Source: Pseudothioglobus sp. nBUS_23 (GTDB lineage Bacteria > Pseudomonadota > Gammaproteobacteria > PS1 > Pseudothioglobaceae). From it: a stretch of DNA of 32,000 nucleotides. The notes under the pieces were generated by a model, which worked only from the letters and a program-made list of their open reading frames with translations, was not told where the DNA came from and searched no databases. Shown here piece after piece: positions 21,260-30,183 of the stretch (the first letter of the stretch is position 1; each line of letters starts with the position of its first letter). A program made the translations under genes and the position numbers. The stretch covers positions 1,350,001-1,382,000 of the forward strand of contig NZ_CP179200.1 in assembly GCF_051201565.1 (NCBI RefSeq), given 5' to 3'.

Positions 21260-23106
21260 GGATTGCGAGGGTTCAAGGCTACAGGAATAGACAAGCACTT
21301 GTCAAAATTTGCTTTATATTAATAGTTTTAATTTTTACTTATAGAGCCTTTAGTGTAAGTGAAATTCAAGCAAATGATATCTCATTAAAAACAAAAGCAT
21401 CAAAAAATTCAGAGTTTGCTCTAGTTGAAAAATCTATGAGAGGAAACATTCTTGATAGAAATAACAATCTACTGGCAATTAACTTGATACATAAAAAGAT
21501 TAATCTTGACCCAATGATCATACAAGATGAATATATTGATTTATTGGCAGAAGCACTTGAGATTCCTTTTCAAGATTTTAAAGATCAAATTGCGAATAAG
21601 AAGGCTAATAAACGTAAATACTTCATTGTGAAAGACAAGCTTAAAGTGAATGACCCTATTTTAAAAAAAATTTCTGAACTAAAAAAAATGAGATCTAAAG
21701 TATGCTTCAAAGAGGTAAAGCTTCCATCTCTTACATTGGTTGACAAAGCTAAAAAAGTTATAGGTATGAAGCCAACTATAAAAGAGAGTATCGAAGTTAA
21801 TGAATGCTCCAGGCAGAAAATTGCTGGCGTTGCAATTGAATCAAGTGGATTTCGTTACTACCCCAAAAAAGATTCTATTGCTCCACTAATTGGAAAAATA
21901 AATTCTGAAAATATAGGTGTCTTTGGTATTGAAGCTGAATATGATCGATATTTAGCAGGAGTGAATGGCATTAAAAGGATTGCAGATAATAAAAATAACT
22001 CGAATATTTATTATGATGCTGAAACTATTAAACAGTTTGAAGATGGGGAAAACCTTACCCTTACAATCGATTCAGATATTCAATTTCATGTTTTTAATGC
22101 CATCAAGGAGCAGGCTGAATTTCATGAAGCAGACTCAGCTGCTGCAATAGTTCTCTCTCCGAATGGTGAAATATTAGCGCTTGCAAACTACCCCTCAACA
22201 AATCCTAACAACTTAGAAAGTTACAGTGCTGATGATTACAGAAACCGTGTTTTTTCGGATAAAACTGAACCAGGCTCAACTATGAAACCTTTTACTATGT
22301 TGTTGGCTTTAGATAAAGGAATTATTACGGCAACAGACGATGAGTTGATTGATGTTACAAAAAGAGTGGCAAATATCAAGCCAGATAATAAATTTTTTCA
22401 GATGACAATACAAAGAATTCTTGAAAAATCTCATAACCTTGGAACCGTAATGGTTGCAGAAAATATTGAAAATGAAGACTTTTATAACACTTGGCAAAAA
22501 CTTGGATTTGGCAAATCTTTAGGCGTCATGCCTGGAACAGAAAATCAAGGAGAATTAAGGCACTTTAGTAATTGGAGGGATAGTGATAAAAGGTCACTTT
22601 CATTTGGCCATGGTCCTATGACAACTAACCTTGCACAACTTGCAAGAGCTTACCTTGTTTTTGCGAATGAAGGCGCCATACCATCACTTAAATTAATAAA
22701 GGCTGAGAATTATAATGATTCATTAGAGCAGGTTTTCACTCCAGAATCAACAAAAAGAATCTCTGAAATACTTGACTCTGTCGCATCAAACAATGGCTCT
22801 GGCTATCGAGCGGTCATTGATGGATATTCCATTGCTGGAAAAACGGGTACAGCAGAAATGGTGATTGATGGAAAGTATAGTAAAGATGGTGCTAAGAGGG
22901 CTTATTTTGTAGGCTACTCCCCTGCAGAAAAACCTAAATATATTATGGCAGTTCGACTTGACCACCCAAAAAAATGTTATCTCTCCTGGGCTCCTACTAA
23001 GAGAAATCGATGTCAAGGTTCAAATTCAGCCTCAATAGCCTTCCAAAAGGCAATGCAGAGAATCCTGATTAATGATTCAGAGATAAATTCTCAAGTAGAA
23101 GGCTAG
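21256..23106 (+). CDS. ftsI: Peptidoglycan D,D-transpeptidase FtsI (PBP3)
   Basis: Transpeptidase motifs STMK (GSTMKPF), SHN and KTGT (AGKTGTAE) are present. The ATG at 21256 overlaps the ftsL TGA (ATGA) and is preceded by GGGAGGA. The ORF-track start at 21238 lies inside ftsL. Confidence 0.92.
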   Translation: MRIARVQGYRNRQALVKICFILIVLIFTYRAFSVSEIQANDISLKTKASKNSEFALVEKSMRGNILDRNNNLLAINLIHKKINLDPMIIQDEYIDLLAEALEIPFQDFKDQIANKKANKRKYFIVKDKLKVNDPILKKISELKKMRSKVCFKEVKLPSLTLVDKAKKVIGMKPTIKESIEVNECSRQKIAGVAIESSGFRYYPKKDSIAPLIGKINSENIGVFGIEAEYDRYLAGVNGIKRIADNKNNSNIYYDAETIKQFEDGENLTLTIDSDIQFHVFNAIKEQAEFHEADSAAAIVLSPNGEILALANYPSTNPNNLESYSADDYRNRVFSDKTEPGSTMKPFTMLLALDKGIITATDDELIDVTKRVANIKPDNKFFQMTIQRILEKSHNLGTVMVAENIENEDFYNTWQKLGFGKSLGVMPGTENQGELRHFSNWRDSDKRSLSFGHGPMTTNLAQLARAYLVFANEGAIPSLKLIKAENYNDSLEQVFTPESTKRISEILDSVASNNGSGYRAVIDGYSIAGKTGTAEMVIDGKYSKDGAKRAYFVGYSPAEKPKYIMAVRLDHPKKCYLSWAPTKRNRCQGSNSASIAFQKAMQRILINDSEINSQVEG

Positions 23107-24932
23107 GGTGTTTTTTTCTGGTTTACAGTTTTCATCTTGTTTTTCATGATGCTTTTCATAACTGCCTCTTCTTCGTCATGCGTTTTTGCAGAGAGTATTG
23201 ATGCTTTTGTTGACTTTCTTTCGTAATATTTTTCTGCTGCAGTCAACGCATATCCAAACTCTTCTTGAGCTTCAAATTCACTAAGGAAAGGCTCCATAGT
23301 GCTTAACTCCTGCAAACGCAAATAAACTCTCTCCTTGGACTTATAGGGCTTTAATAAAGCTTCTTTTGAAAGATCTGACTCCACTTGAGCATGTCTAATG
23401 AGTTCTAATAAGACTTCAGATTTGGGCAGTTTTCTTGCTCTTTCTTCAATTACACTGGTCGTTTCTGGATCATTGACAATTGATGGATAAGTTAGAACAC
23501 AAGAAATCATTCTTGACATCAAACTTTTCATACTAGAATGACTTTTATTACTTATTGTTTGACTCATTGGCTGAGGACTAAATTGCTTATGCTCTGCTTG
23601 ATTAGAATTAGAAAAGTGCGTATTTTGATCTTTGCTTAGCTCCACCGCTTTTTCTACTTGGGTAATATTTTGGCCAATCGCATTGGCAATCCCTTCTATT
23701 AATTGTTGTCGATAGATTGAATAGTTAACCAGATTGATTAAAGATGCTGACTTTTCCAAAAATAAGGTTTTCCCTTCAATCGTATCAAACGGAACCTCTT
23801 CCTTAATATGATCAATGAGAAAACTTGAAAGTGTTTGCGCACCTTCAATTCTCTTACTGAATGCTTTTGAGGATTCCCTATTGATAAGAGTATCAGGATC
23901 TTCTCCCTCAGGCAAAATTAGAAACTTGATAATTAGCCCTGAAGTTACAGAAGGCAAAGAAGTCTTTAAAGCCTTCCATGCTGCATCTCTTCCTGCTTTA
24001 TCTCCATCAAAACAAAAAACAATGGTTTCAGCTGAGCGAGATAAAATCTGCAAGTGGGCTGGCGTTGTGGCAGTACCAAGAGTTGCAACAACATTGGTGA
24101 TTCCTTGCTGGTGAAGAGCTATAACATCCATATACCCCTCAACTACAAGAATTGAATCAATCCTTCGGCTATATTTGCGACAATGATAGAGGCCATATAG
24201 TTCTTTTGACTTTGAAAACAGGGGTGTTTCTGGAGAATTCAGATACTTTGGATTATCCTGACTTGACAAAACGCGCCCTCCAAATCCAATCACTGAGCCT
24301 TTGGCATTGTGAATAGGAAACATTAGGCGATCTCTAAAACGATCATAATAGTCATCTTTTTTGTCTTTTTTTGGAACAATCATGCCCATCGATAGAAGGT
24401 CTTGAATGGACTCTTCTTTCTCAGAATATTGATCAAAAAGGTTAGTCCAACCAGGAGGTGCAAATCCCAACTCAAATCTTTTGGCAATTGAACCGCTAAT
24501 GCCTCTTTTCTTGGCATAACTAACGACCTTATTCTTGGCAGATGAGGTTTTCAGTTGACCTTGATAAAAATTATTTAGCTCATTCATAATTTCATTGTAT
24601 CTTTTGAAGCGTTTATCGACTGGTTTTGCAGTTTGGTCGTAAACGACTGAGATTCCTGACTCTCCAGCAACTGTTTCAATCGCCTCAACAAAAGAAAGGT
24701 GATCATACTTCATAACAAAATCAATAACTCCTCCACTTTCACCACAACCAAAACAGTGATAAATTTGCTTAGTAGGAACTACAGTAAAGGACGGAGTTTT
24801 CTCTTCATGAAATGGGCAACAGGCCTTATAGTCTTTTCCTGCTTTTTTTAAAGCGACACGCTTATTTATTAGACCAACAATATCTACTCTATTGGGCAAA
24901 TCATTGATAAAATCTCTGTCAATAAATGGCAT
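23103..24932 (-). CDS. dnaG: DNA primase
   Basis: Zn-ribbon CCPFHEEKTPSFTV....YHCFGCGESG, a TOPRIM region (VVEGYMDVIAL; FDGDKAGRDAA) and a C-terminal helicase-interaction region. Collinear with E. coli DnaG. Confidence 0.96.
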   Translation of the reverse strand: MPFIDRDFINDLPNRVDIVGLINKRVALKKAGKDYKACCPFHEEKTPSFTVVPTKQIYHCFGCGESGGVIDFVMKYDHLSFVEAIETVAGESGISVVYDQTAKPVDKRFKRYNEIMNELNNFYQGQLKTSSAKNKVVSYAKKRGISGSIAKRFELGFAPPGWTNLFDQYSEKEESIQDLLSMGMIVPKKDKKDDYYDRFRDRLMFPIHNAKGSVIGFGGRVLSSQDNPKYLNSPETPLFSKSKELYGLYHCRKYSRRIDSILVVEGYMDVIALHQQGITNVVATLGTATTPAHLQILSRSAETIVFCFDGDKAGRDAAWKALKTSLPSVTSGLIIKFLILPEGEDPDTLINRESSKAFSKRIEGAQTLSSFLIDHIKEEVPFDTIEGKTLFLEKSASLINLVNYSIYRQQLIEGIANAIGQNITQVEKAVELSKDQNTHFSNSNQAEHKQFSPQPMSQTISNKSHSSMKSLMSRMISCVLTYPSIVNDPETTSVIEERARKLPKSEVLLELIRHAQVESDLSKEALLKPYKSKERVYLRLQELSTMEPFLSEFEAQEEFGYALTAAEKYYERKSTKASILSAKTHDEEEAVMKSIMKNKMKTVNQKKTP

Positions 24933-24974
24933 AATTTACTGCTTTAGCTTTAGTTGAGTTTTCTTTTTATTTTA

Positions 24975-25880
24975 ATGTTAAACACTGAATTCATTCACCC
25001 TAAATTCATACCAACCTGGATTCTAATCTTATTTATGCGTATTGGAGTTTTGATTCCTTTTAGCGCGCAGGTTGTTATTGGAAATTCAATTGGTAGAGTG
25101 CTTTATCCATTTATGCACAAACTCAGATCAACTGCCTACTCCAATATCTCTCATTGTTTTCCTCACAAAAAGCAAAGCCAGGTGAATAGGCTTGTAAAAA
25201 GACATTTTGAGGCAATAGGTGTCAGTTTTTTTGAAACCGCTAATGCATACTACGGTAGTGATACTAAAATTAGGAAGCTTCTAACGATTACTAACGAGAA
25301 ATTCTTTAAAGACGCGCTTAAAGAAGAGGGTGGCATTATCCTACTTTGTTCGCACTTTATGCCTCTTATGCTAGGAAGCCGAGCACTACTTCTAAATCAT
25401 ACGATTGCAAACGTATACAGACCTCAAAATAATAAGTTGTTTGACAAGGTCATGGTCAAAGGATATAAAAAAAATGGAGCTGTAATGATCAAGAGCACGG
25501 ATACAAGATCCATTATCAAAGCAATTAATAACAGCCTTCCAATCTGGTATGCACCAGATCAAGACCTAGGCAAAAACAACAGTGTGTTTGCGCCTTTTTT
25601 TGGAATAGAAACAGCAACCGCTGCTGCGACCGCCAGACTTGCAAAAAACAATAATACTAGAGTTATACCTTACAGCTTTATTCGAACCACGAAGGGCTAT
25701 TCAATGTCTTTTGAAAAACCAATTTTGAATTATCCTAGCTCTGATCCAATCCATGATGCAACAGTTGTAAATCAAATTCTCGAAAAACAAATCTCCAAAT
25801 CTCCAGAGCAATATTTGTGGATTCATCGCCGCTTTAAAACAAGGCCTAATGATGAAAAAAACTTTTATAAATATAATTAA
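24975..25880 (+). CDS. lpxL: Lipid A biosynthesis lauroyl/late acyltransferase (LpxL/HtrB family)
   Basis: MLNTEFIHPKFIPTWILILFM.. parallels E. coli LpxL ..ALLHPRYWLTWLGIGVLW. Active-site region CSHFMPLMLG (H-x4-acidic-type motif region) and the C-terminal PEQYLWIHRRFKTRP match the family. The ORF-track TTG at 24954 adds 7 residues with no homology. Confidence 0.85.
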   Translation: MLNTEFIHPKFIPTWILILFMRIGVLIPFSAQVVIGNSIGRVLYPFMHKLRSTAYSNISHCFPHKKQSQVNRLVKRHFEAIGVSFFETANAYYGSDTKIRKLLTITNEKFFKDALKEEGGIILLCSHFMPLMLGSRALLLNHTIANVYRPQNNKLFDKVMVKGYKKNGAVMIKSTDTRSIIKAINNSLPIWYAPDQDLGKNNSVFAPFFGIETATAAATARLAKNNNTRVIPYSFIRTTKGYSMSFEKPILNYPSSDPIHDATVVNQILEKQISKSPEQYLWIHRRFKTRPNDEKNFYKYN

Positions 25881-25961
25881 TATTATTTGATTAGAAATAC
25901 AACAATTCTAAAAAATAGCGTATAATTCACCACTTAATTTTTTGATACATGAACTATATTT

Positions 25962-26222
25962 ATGTCTATTGATACACAATCTATTATTAAAGAATACCAA
26001 AAAGACTCTTCTGATACTGGTTCAGTTGATGTACAGGTTGCCCTTCTTACTGCAAGAATAAGGCATTTAACCGAGCATTTTAAAACGCATAAGAAAGATC
26101 ACCACTCTAGAAGAGGGCTTTTAAGACTTGTTTCTCAACGTAAAAAATTACTTGCATATATCAAAAACAATGATCTTTCAGCTTACGCTAATTTGATTTC
26201 GCGTTTAGGCCTAAGAAAGTAA
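25962..26222 (+). CDS. rpsO: 30S ribosomal protein S15
   Basis: [51 protein letters not shown] matches E. coli S15 closely. A TATAAT hexamer lies at 25921..25926. Confidence 0.97.
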   Translation: MSIDTQSIIKEYQKDSSDTGSVDVQVALLTARIRHLTEHFKTHKKDHHSRRGLLRLVSQRKKLLAYIKNNDLSAYANLISRLGLRK

Positions 26223-26246
26223 TTAATTTTTTAAGAGATAGAAATT

Positions 26247-26272
26247 AAAGCCCCTATTTTGGGGCTTTTTTA
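26247..26272 (+). terminator. Intrinsic terminator after rpsO
   Basis: AAAGCCCC-TATTTT-GGGGCTTT followed by TTTTATT. It starts 25 nt after the rpsO stop and ends 26 nt before the prfB ATG. Confidence 0.75.
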
Positions 26273-26297
26273 TTACTCGTCGCATTAAAATAGAGTC

Positions 26298-27392
26298 ATG
26301 GAATTATCTGCACACTACCAAAAAATATCCGAGCTGACAGAACGTCTTAATGTTTTATCTGAACACCTTGAGCTTGAAGAGAAACAAGATCGACTTGAAG
26401 AAGTTAAGTTGGAGTTAGAAAATCCAGATGTTTGGTCAAACCCAGAAAAAGCTCAGTCATTAGGCAAAGAGAGGGTCCAACTCGATCACCTATGTGAAAC
26501 ATTTTCAAAGTCAAACGGTATTTTAAGCGACGCCAAAGAGCTTTTAGAAATGGCTGAAAGTGAGAATGATATTGATACAGTGGATGGGTTAATAGCTGAC
26601 TTAGATAATACAGAACAATTAATTTCAAAATATGAGTTTGAAAGAATGTTTAGTGGTGAAATGGATCAAAACTCTGCCTATCTTGATATTCAGTCAGGCT
26701 CTGGCGGAACTGAAGCTCAAGATTGGGCTGAAATGATTCTTAGAATGTATTTGAGATGGGGAGATAAACACAACTTTAAAGTGAAATTAATGGAAGTTTC
26801 GGCTGGTGATGTAGCGGGCATAAAGTCAGCAACAATCCATTTTGATGGTGAATATGCTTTTGGATGGCTAAGGAGTGAAATCGGTATCCACAGACTTGTT
26901 AGAAAATCACCATACAACGCTAATGGCAAAAGACATACATCATTCTCATCGGTTTTTGTATCACCAGAGATTGATGATGATATTGAAATTATAATTGATC
27001 CATCTGACCTAAGAATTGACACCTATCGTGCTTCTGGTGCGGGCGGTCAGCATGTTAATAAAACTGAATCTGCAGTTCGCATAACTCATTTACCATCTTC
27101 AACAGTTGTTCAATGCCAAGACGGAAGATCGCAGCATGCTAACAAAGATCAAGCTATGAAACAATTAAAGTCAAAACTTTATGAACTTGAAATACAAAAA
27201 AGGAACTCTGAGAAGCAAGATGTTGAGGATTTAAAATCTGATATTGGATGGGGTCACCAGATACGATCCTATGTTTTAGATCAATCCAGAATAAAAGATT
27301 TAAGAACTGGAATAGAGAGTAGCAATACCCAGGACGTTCTTGATGGGAATTTAGATCAATTTATCGTTGCTAGCCTCAAAGCTGGTCTTTAA
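26298..27392 (+). CDS. prfB: Peptide chain release factor 2 (single uninterrupted frame)
   Basis: 364 aa collinear with E. coli RF2 from the first residues through GGQ ([22 protein letters not shown]) to the C-terminus [13 protein letters not shown]. It has no in-frame UGA or +1 shift site. Confidence 0.96.
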   Translation: MELSAHYQKISELTERLNVLSEHLELEEKQDRLEEVKLELENPDVWSNPEKAQSLGKERVQLDHLCETFSKSNGILSDAKELLEMAESENDIDTVDGLIADLDNTEQLISKYEFERMFSGEMDQNSAYLDIQSGSGGTEAQDWAEMILRMYLRWGDKHNFKVKLMEVSAGDVAGIKSATIHFDGEYAFGWLRSEIGIHRLVRKSPYNANGKRHTSFSSVFVSPEIDDDIEIIIDPSDLRIDTYRASGAGGQHVNKTESAVRITHLPSSTVVQCQDGRSQHANKDQAMKQLKSKLYELEIQKRNSEKQDVEDLKSDIGWGHQIRSYVLDQSRIKDLRTGIESSNTQDVLDGNLDQFIVASLKAGL

Positions 27393-27452
27393 TCAATTAT
27401 GATCAATTCTCACAGTATCCAACTGTAAAATTAAATAAAAAAATAACTAATA

Positions 27453-27833
27453 ATGAAACCTCAAGACACCATTCAATTTGATGAAAAGGGCTTAGTTCCT
27501 GTAATCACTCAGGACTATTCTTCAAATGAAATTCTTATGATGGCATGGATGAATAAAGAGGCTTTAGAGTTGAGTATTAAGACAAAAAAAGCTGTATATT
27601 TTTCAAGATCGAGAAAAAAGCTCTGGTTTAAAGGCGAAGAGTCAGGCAACTACCAAGACATAATAGAAATTTTTACAGATTGCGATCAAGACGTTGTTCT
27701 ACTTAAGGTTAATCAAAAAGGTGGGATTGCTTGCCATACTGGAAGAGCCAAATGCTTCTTTAACAAACTCGATGATAATAAATGGAAAATCATCTCAAAT
27801 GTAATTAAGGATCCAAAAGATATTTATGGATAG
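27453..27833 (+). CDS. hisI: Phosphoribosyl-AMP cyclohydrolase
   Basis: 126 aa. GLVPVITQD......LMMAWMNKEAL, YFSRSR.KLW.KGE.SGN and CD.D..L..V...GGIACHTG are characteristic HisI motifs. Confidence 0.92.
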   Translation: MKPQDTIQFDEKGLVPVITQDYSSNEILMMAWMNKEALELSIKTKKAVYFSRSRKKLWFKGEESGNYQDIIEIFTDCDQDVVLLKVNQKGGIACHTGRAKCFFNKLDDNKWKIISNVIKDPKDIYG

Positions 27834-28146
27834 TATTTTAAATAAGCTAGAGAAAATTTTAGAAGAGAGAAAATCTGCTTCTAGTGACCAATCCTATGTC
27901 TCTTCACTATATAGCAATGGGACAAGCTCGATTTTAGAAAAGATTCGTGAAGAATCTGAAGAGGTCATTAATGCTGTTAATGATGAAGGCAGAAATGAAA
28001 TCATTCATGAAGTAGCGGATTTATGGTTCCACCTCCTAGTTCTCCTTCGTCATGAAGACATTGAAATTCAAGAGATTGAATCAGAACTAGCTAAGCGCTT
28101 TGGAGTCTCTGGACATGATGAAAAAGCATCCAGAGATAGTAAATAA
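27826..28146 (+). CDS. hisE: Phosphoribosyl-ATP pyrophosphatase
   Basis: 106 aa. SYVSSLY..G...ILEKIREESEEV and EVADLWFHLLVLL are HisE (MazG-like) motifs. It overlaps hisI by 8 nt, so the two are separate genes and not a hisIE fusion. Confidence 0.9.
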   Translation: MDSILNKLEKILEERKSASSDQSYVSSLYSNGTSSILEKIREESEEVINAVNDEGRNEIIHEVADLWFHLLVLLRHEDIEIQEIESELAKRFGVSGHDEKASRDSK

Positions 28147-28150
28147 GTCT

Positions 28151-28753
28151 TTAACCTAAAAGTTCGAAGGCACTGATAATGCCATCAGCAACTTCTGAAA
28201 TGCGTTTATTTTTATCCATTGCCATTTTTCTCAAGGACTGGTAAGCCTCATCTTCAGTAATTTTCTTGTGTTTCATCAGAAGGCCCTTAGCTTTTTCAAT
28301 TGATTTACGCTCAGCCAGCTGACTTCTTGTTGCATCTAGCTCATCTTTTAGAGCCTGAAATTCTCTAAAACGAGCAATTGCAACATCAATAATTGGCTGC
28401 ACTCTCTTCTCTTCTAATCCATCGACAATGTAAGCATTAACTCCTGATTTTATTGCTGCTCCAGCCATATGCTCCTCTGAAGCCTCAGTAAACATAACAA
28501 TAGGCTTTGGCTTTGTTTTATTAACATCCCTTAAATTTGCAAAGACAGCCTCATCAGGAATATCTGCATTGACAATGACTACATCAGCATGAGTAATTTC
28601 GTTGCTATTTGCAAGGTTTTCGCTCTCCTCTAAACGGCTGATTACTTCATGGCCCTTATCTTGAAGAGCGCGTCTTAAAATAGCAGAGCGGCCCATATTT
28701 TCGTCGACTAGAATAATTTTAAGAGCTGTCTGGTTAATTGAATTCTTTTTCAT
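28151..28753 (-). CDS. ANTAR-domain RNA-binding antiterminator with an N-terminal receiver-like domain (NasT/AmiR-like)
   Basis: 200 aa. It has a receiver-like N-terminus (KIILVDEN...VVIVNADIP...IVMFTEAS) and a C-terminal ANTAR signature (LAERKSIEKAKGLLMKHKKITEDEAYQSLRKMAMDKNKRISEVADGII). It closely resembles the Pseudomonas/Azotobacter NasT layout as I recall it. Confidence 0.88.
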   Translation of the reverse strand: MKKNSINQTALKIILVDENMGRSAILRRALQDKGHEVISRLEESENLANSNEITHADVVIVNADIPDEAVFANLRDVNKTKPKPIVMFTEASEEHMAGAAIKSGVNAYIVDGLEEKRVQPIIDVAIARFREFQALKDELDATRSQLAERKSIEKAKGLLMKHKKITEDEAYQSLRKMAMDKNKRISEVADGIISAFELLG

Positions 28754-28842
28754 AGTTATTTAATTTTAATAGCCATAATAATATACCCGATAAGCAAAGA
28801 ATTTAGCGCTGGTTTCATGGTACATTAAAATTTGAGTTAGTC

Positions 28843-28885
28843 AAAAAACTATAGCTGGTGGAAAATTAGGAGTGAAACCACCAGC
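28843..28885 (-). terminator. Putative intrinsic terminator after amtB
   Basis: The minus strand reads GCUGGUGG-(16-nt loop)-CCACCAGC, then UAUAG, then UUUUUU. It lies about 75 nt after the amtB stop. A TTGACT hexamer follows directly and could serve the ANTAR gene. Confidence 0.45.
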
Positions 28886-28959
28886 CAAGTCATTCTTTAG
28901 CCATTTCATCAAATTGCATAAAATGGATGGCACCAATCTGGACAATTGATGCCAATTAT

Positions 28960-30174
28960 TTATTTCGTTACAAACTCTGGGTAAGCTTCCATTCCGCACT
29001 CAGAGATGTCTACTCCAGACTCTTCCTCGTCATCCGAAACGCGAATACCAATCAGAGCTTTGAGCGCTAGCCAAACTAGCATTGAGGCAATAAATACCCA
29101 TACAAATATGGTTAAGGCTCCAACTATTTGTCCTGAAAATGAAACATCGGCATTAGTTAATGGAACTGCCAATAGACCCCAAAGTCCGACTACACCATGA
29201 ACTGAAATAGCACCAACAGGGTCATCTATCTTAAGCTTACGATCCAACCAAACAATCGACAACACAACGATAACACCGCCTACTGCACCAATCAAAGCTG
29301 CAGCAAAAGCACTCGGCGTATCAGGTCCTGCAGTTATTGCTACAAGACCTGCTAAGGCACCATTTAATGTCATAGTTAAGTCTGCCTTACCGAACCACAG
29401 TTTAGCAAAAACTAGTGCAGCAATAACACCTCCGGCAGCTGCGGCGTTTGTATTAACAAAAACCATGGCTACTGCATCAGCACTTTCTTTACTAGCCATA
29501 GCTAAAACTGATCCACCGTTAAATCCAAACCAACCTAGCCATAGGATGAATGTTCCTAAGGTTGCTAAAGGTAGGTTAGCACCCAGGATTGGTTTTGAAT
29601 TTCCATCCTTGTCATATTTCCCTTTTCTAGGGCCAAGGATTAATACACCAGCAATTGCTGCTGCAGCTCCAGCCATATGAACAATTCCTGATCCCGCAAA
29701 GTCATAGAATCCAAAGTCACCAAGATTGTAAAGGCCAAAGACGTCATTTCCACCCCAAGTCCATGAACCCTCAAGAGGGTAGATGATAGTAGTAAAGATT
29801 ACAGCGAAAGCAAAAAAAGTAAATAGTTTCATTCTCTCAGCGACTGCTCCAGATACAATAGACATCGCAGTTGCTACAAAGACAACCTGAAAGTAGAAGT
29901 CTGAGGCATTTGAATATGTCTCACCCTGTCCACTAATCCCCGAAAGAAAAGCTCCACCGCCATACATCAAGTCATAACCATAAACCATGTACATAGTGCA
30001 AGCAATAGCAAAAAGACCAATATTTTTAGTTAGTATTTCAGCTGTATTTTTGCTCCTTACCAATCCAGCCTCTAGCATTGAAAAGCCAGCTGCCATCCAC
30101 ATAACAAGTGCACCCATTACCAAAAAGTAAAAGGTATCCATTGCATATTGTAATTCCAATATTTGATTTTCCAT
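28960..30174 (-). CDS. amtB: Ammonium transporter
   Basis: 404 aa, polytopic. Amt family signatures are present (DFAGSGIVHMAGAAAA; GWFGFNGGS; ISVHGVVGLWG). It starts 9 nt after the glnK stop, with AGGAA SD. Confidence 0.95.
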   Translation of the reverse strand: MENQILELQYAMDTFYFLVMGALVMWMAAGFSMLEAGLVRSKNTAEILTKNIGLFAIACTMYMVYGYDLMYGGGAFLSGISGQGETYSNASDFYFQVVFVATAMSIVSGAVAERMKLFTFFAFAVIFTTIIYPLEGSWTWGGNDVFGLYNLGDFGFYDFAGSGIVHMAGAAAAIAGVLILGPRKGKYDKDGNSKPILGANLPLATLGTFILWLGWFGFNGGSVLAMASKESADAVAMVFVNTNAAAAGGVIAALVFAKLWFGKADLTMTLNGALAGLVAITAGPDTPSAFAAALIGAVGGVIVVLSIVWLDRKLKIDDPVGAISVHGVVGLWGLLAVPLTNADVSFSGQIVGALTIFVWVFIASMLVWLALKALIGIRVSDDEEESGVDISECGMEAYPEFVTK

Positions 30175-30183
30175 TTCCTGCTC

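Noticed and set aside
28926-28957. Sigma54-like -24 elements (TGGCAC on the plus strand, TGGCAT on the minus strand) just after the amtB stop
   Set aside because: Neither has a correctly spaced -12 GC (TGGCAC-N5-TGGAC; TGGCAT with TTGT one base too close). The plus-strand one would fire antisense into amtB, and the minus-strand one sits upstream of the amtB terminator.
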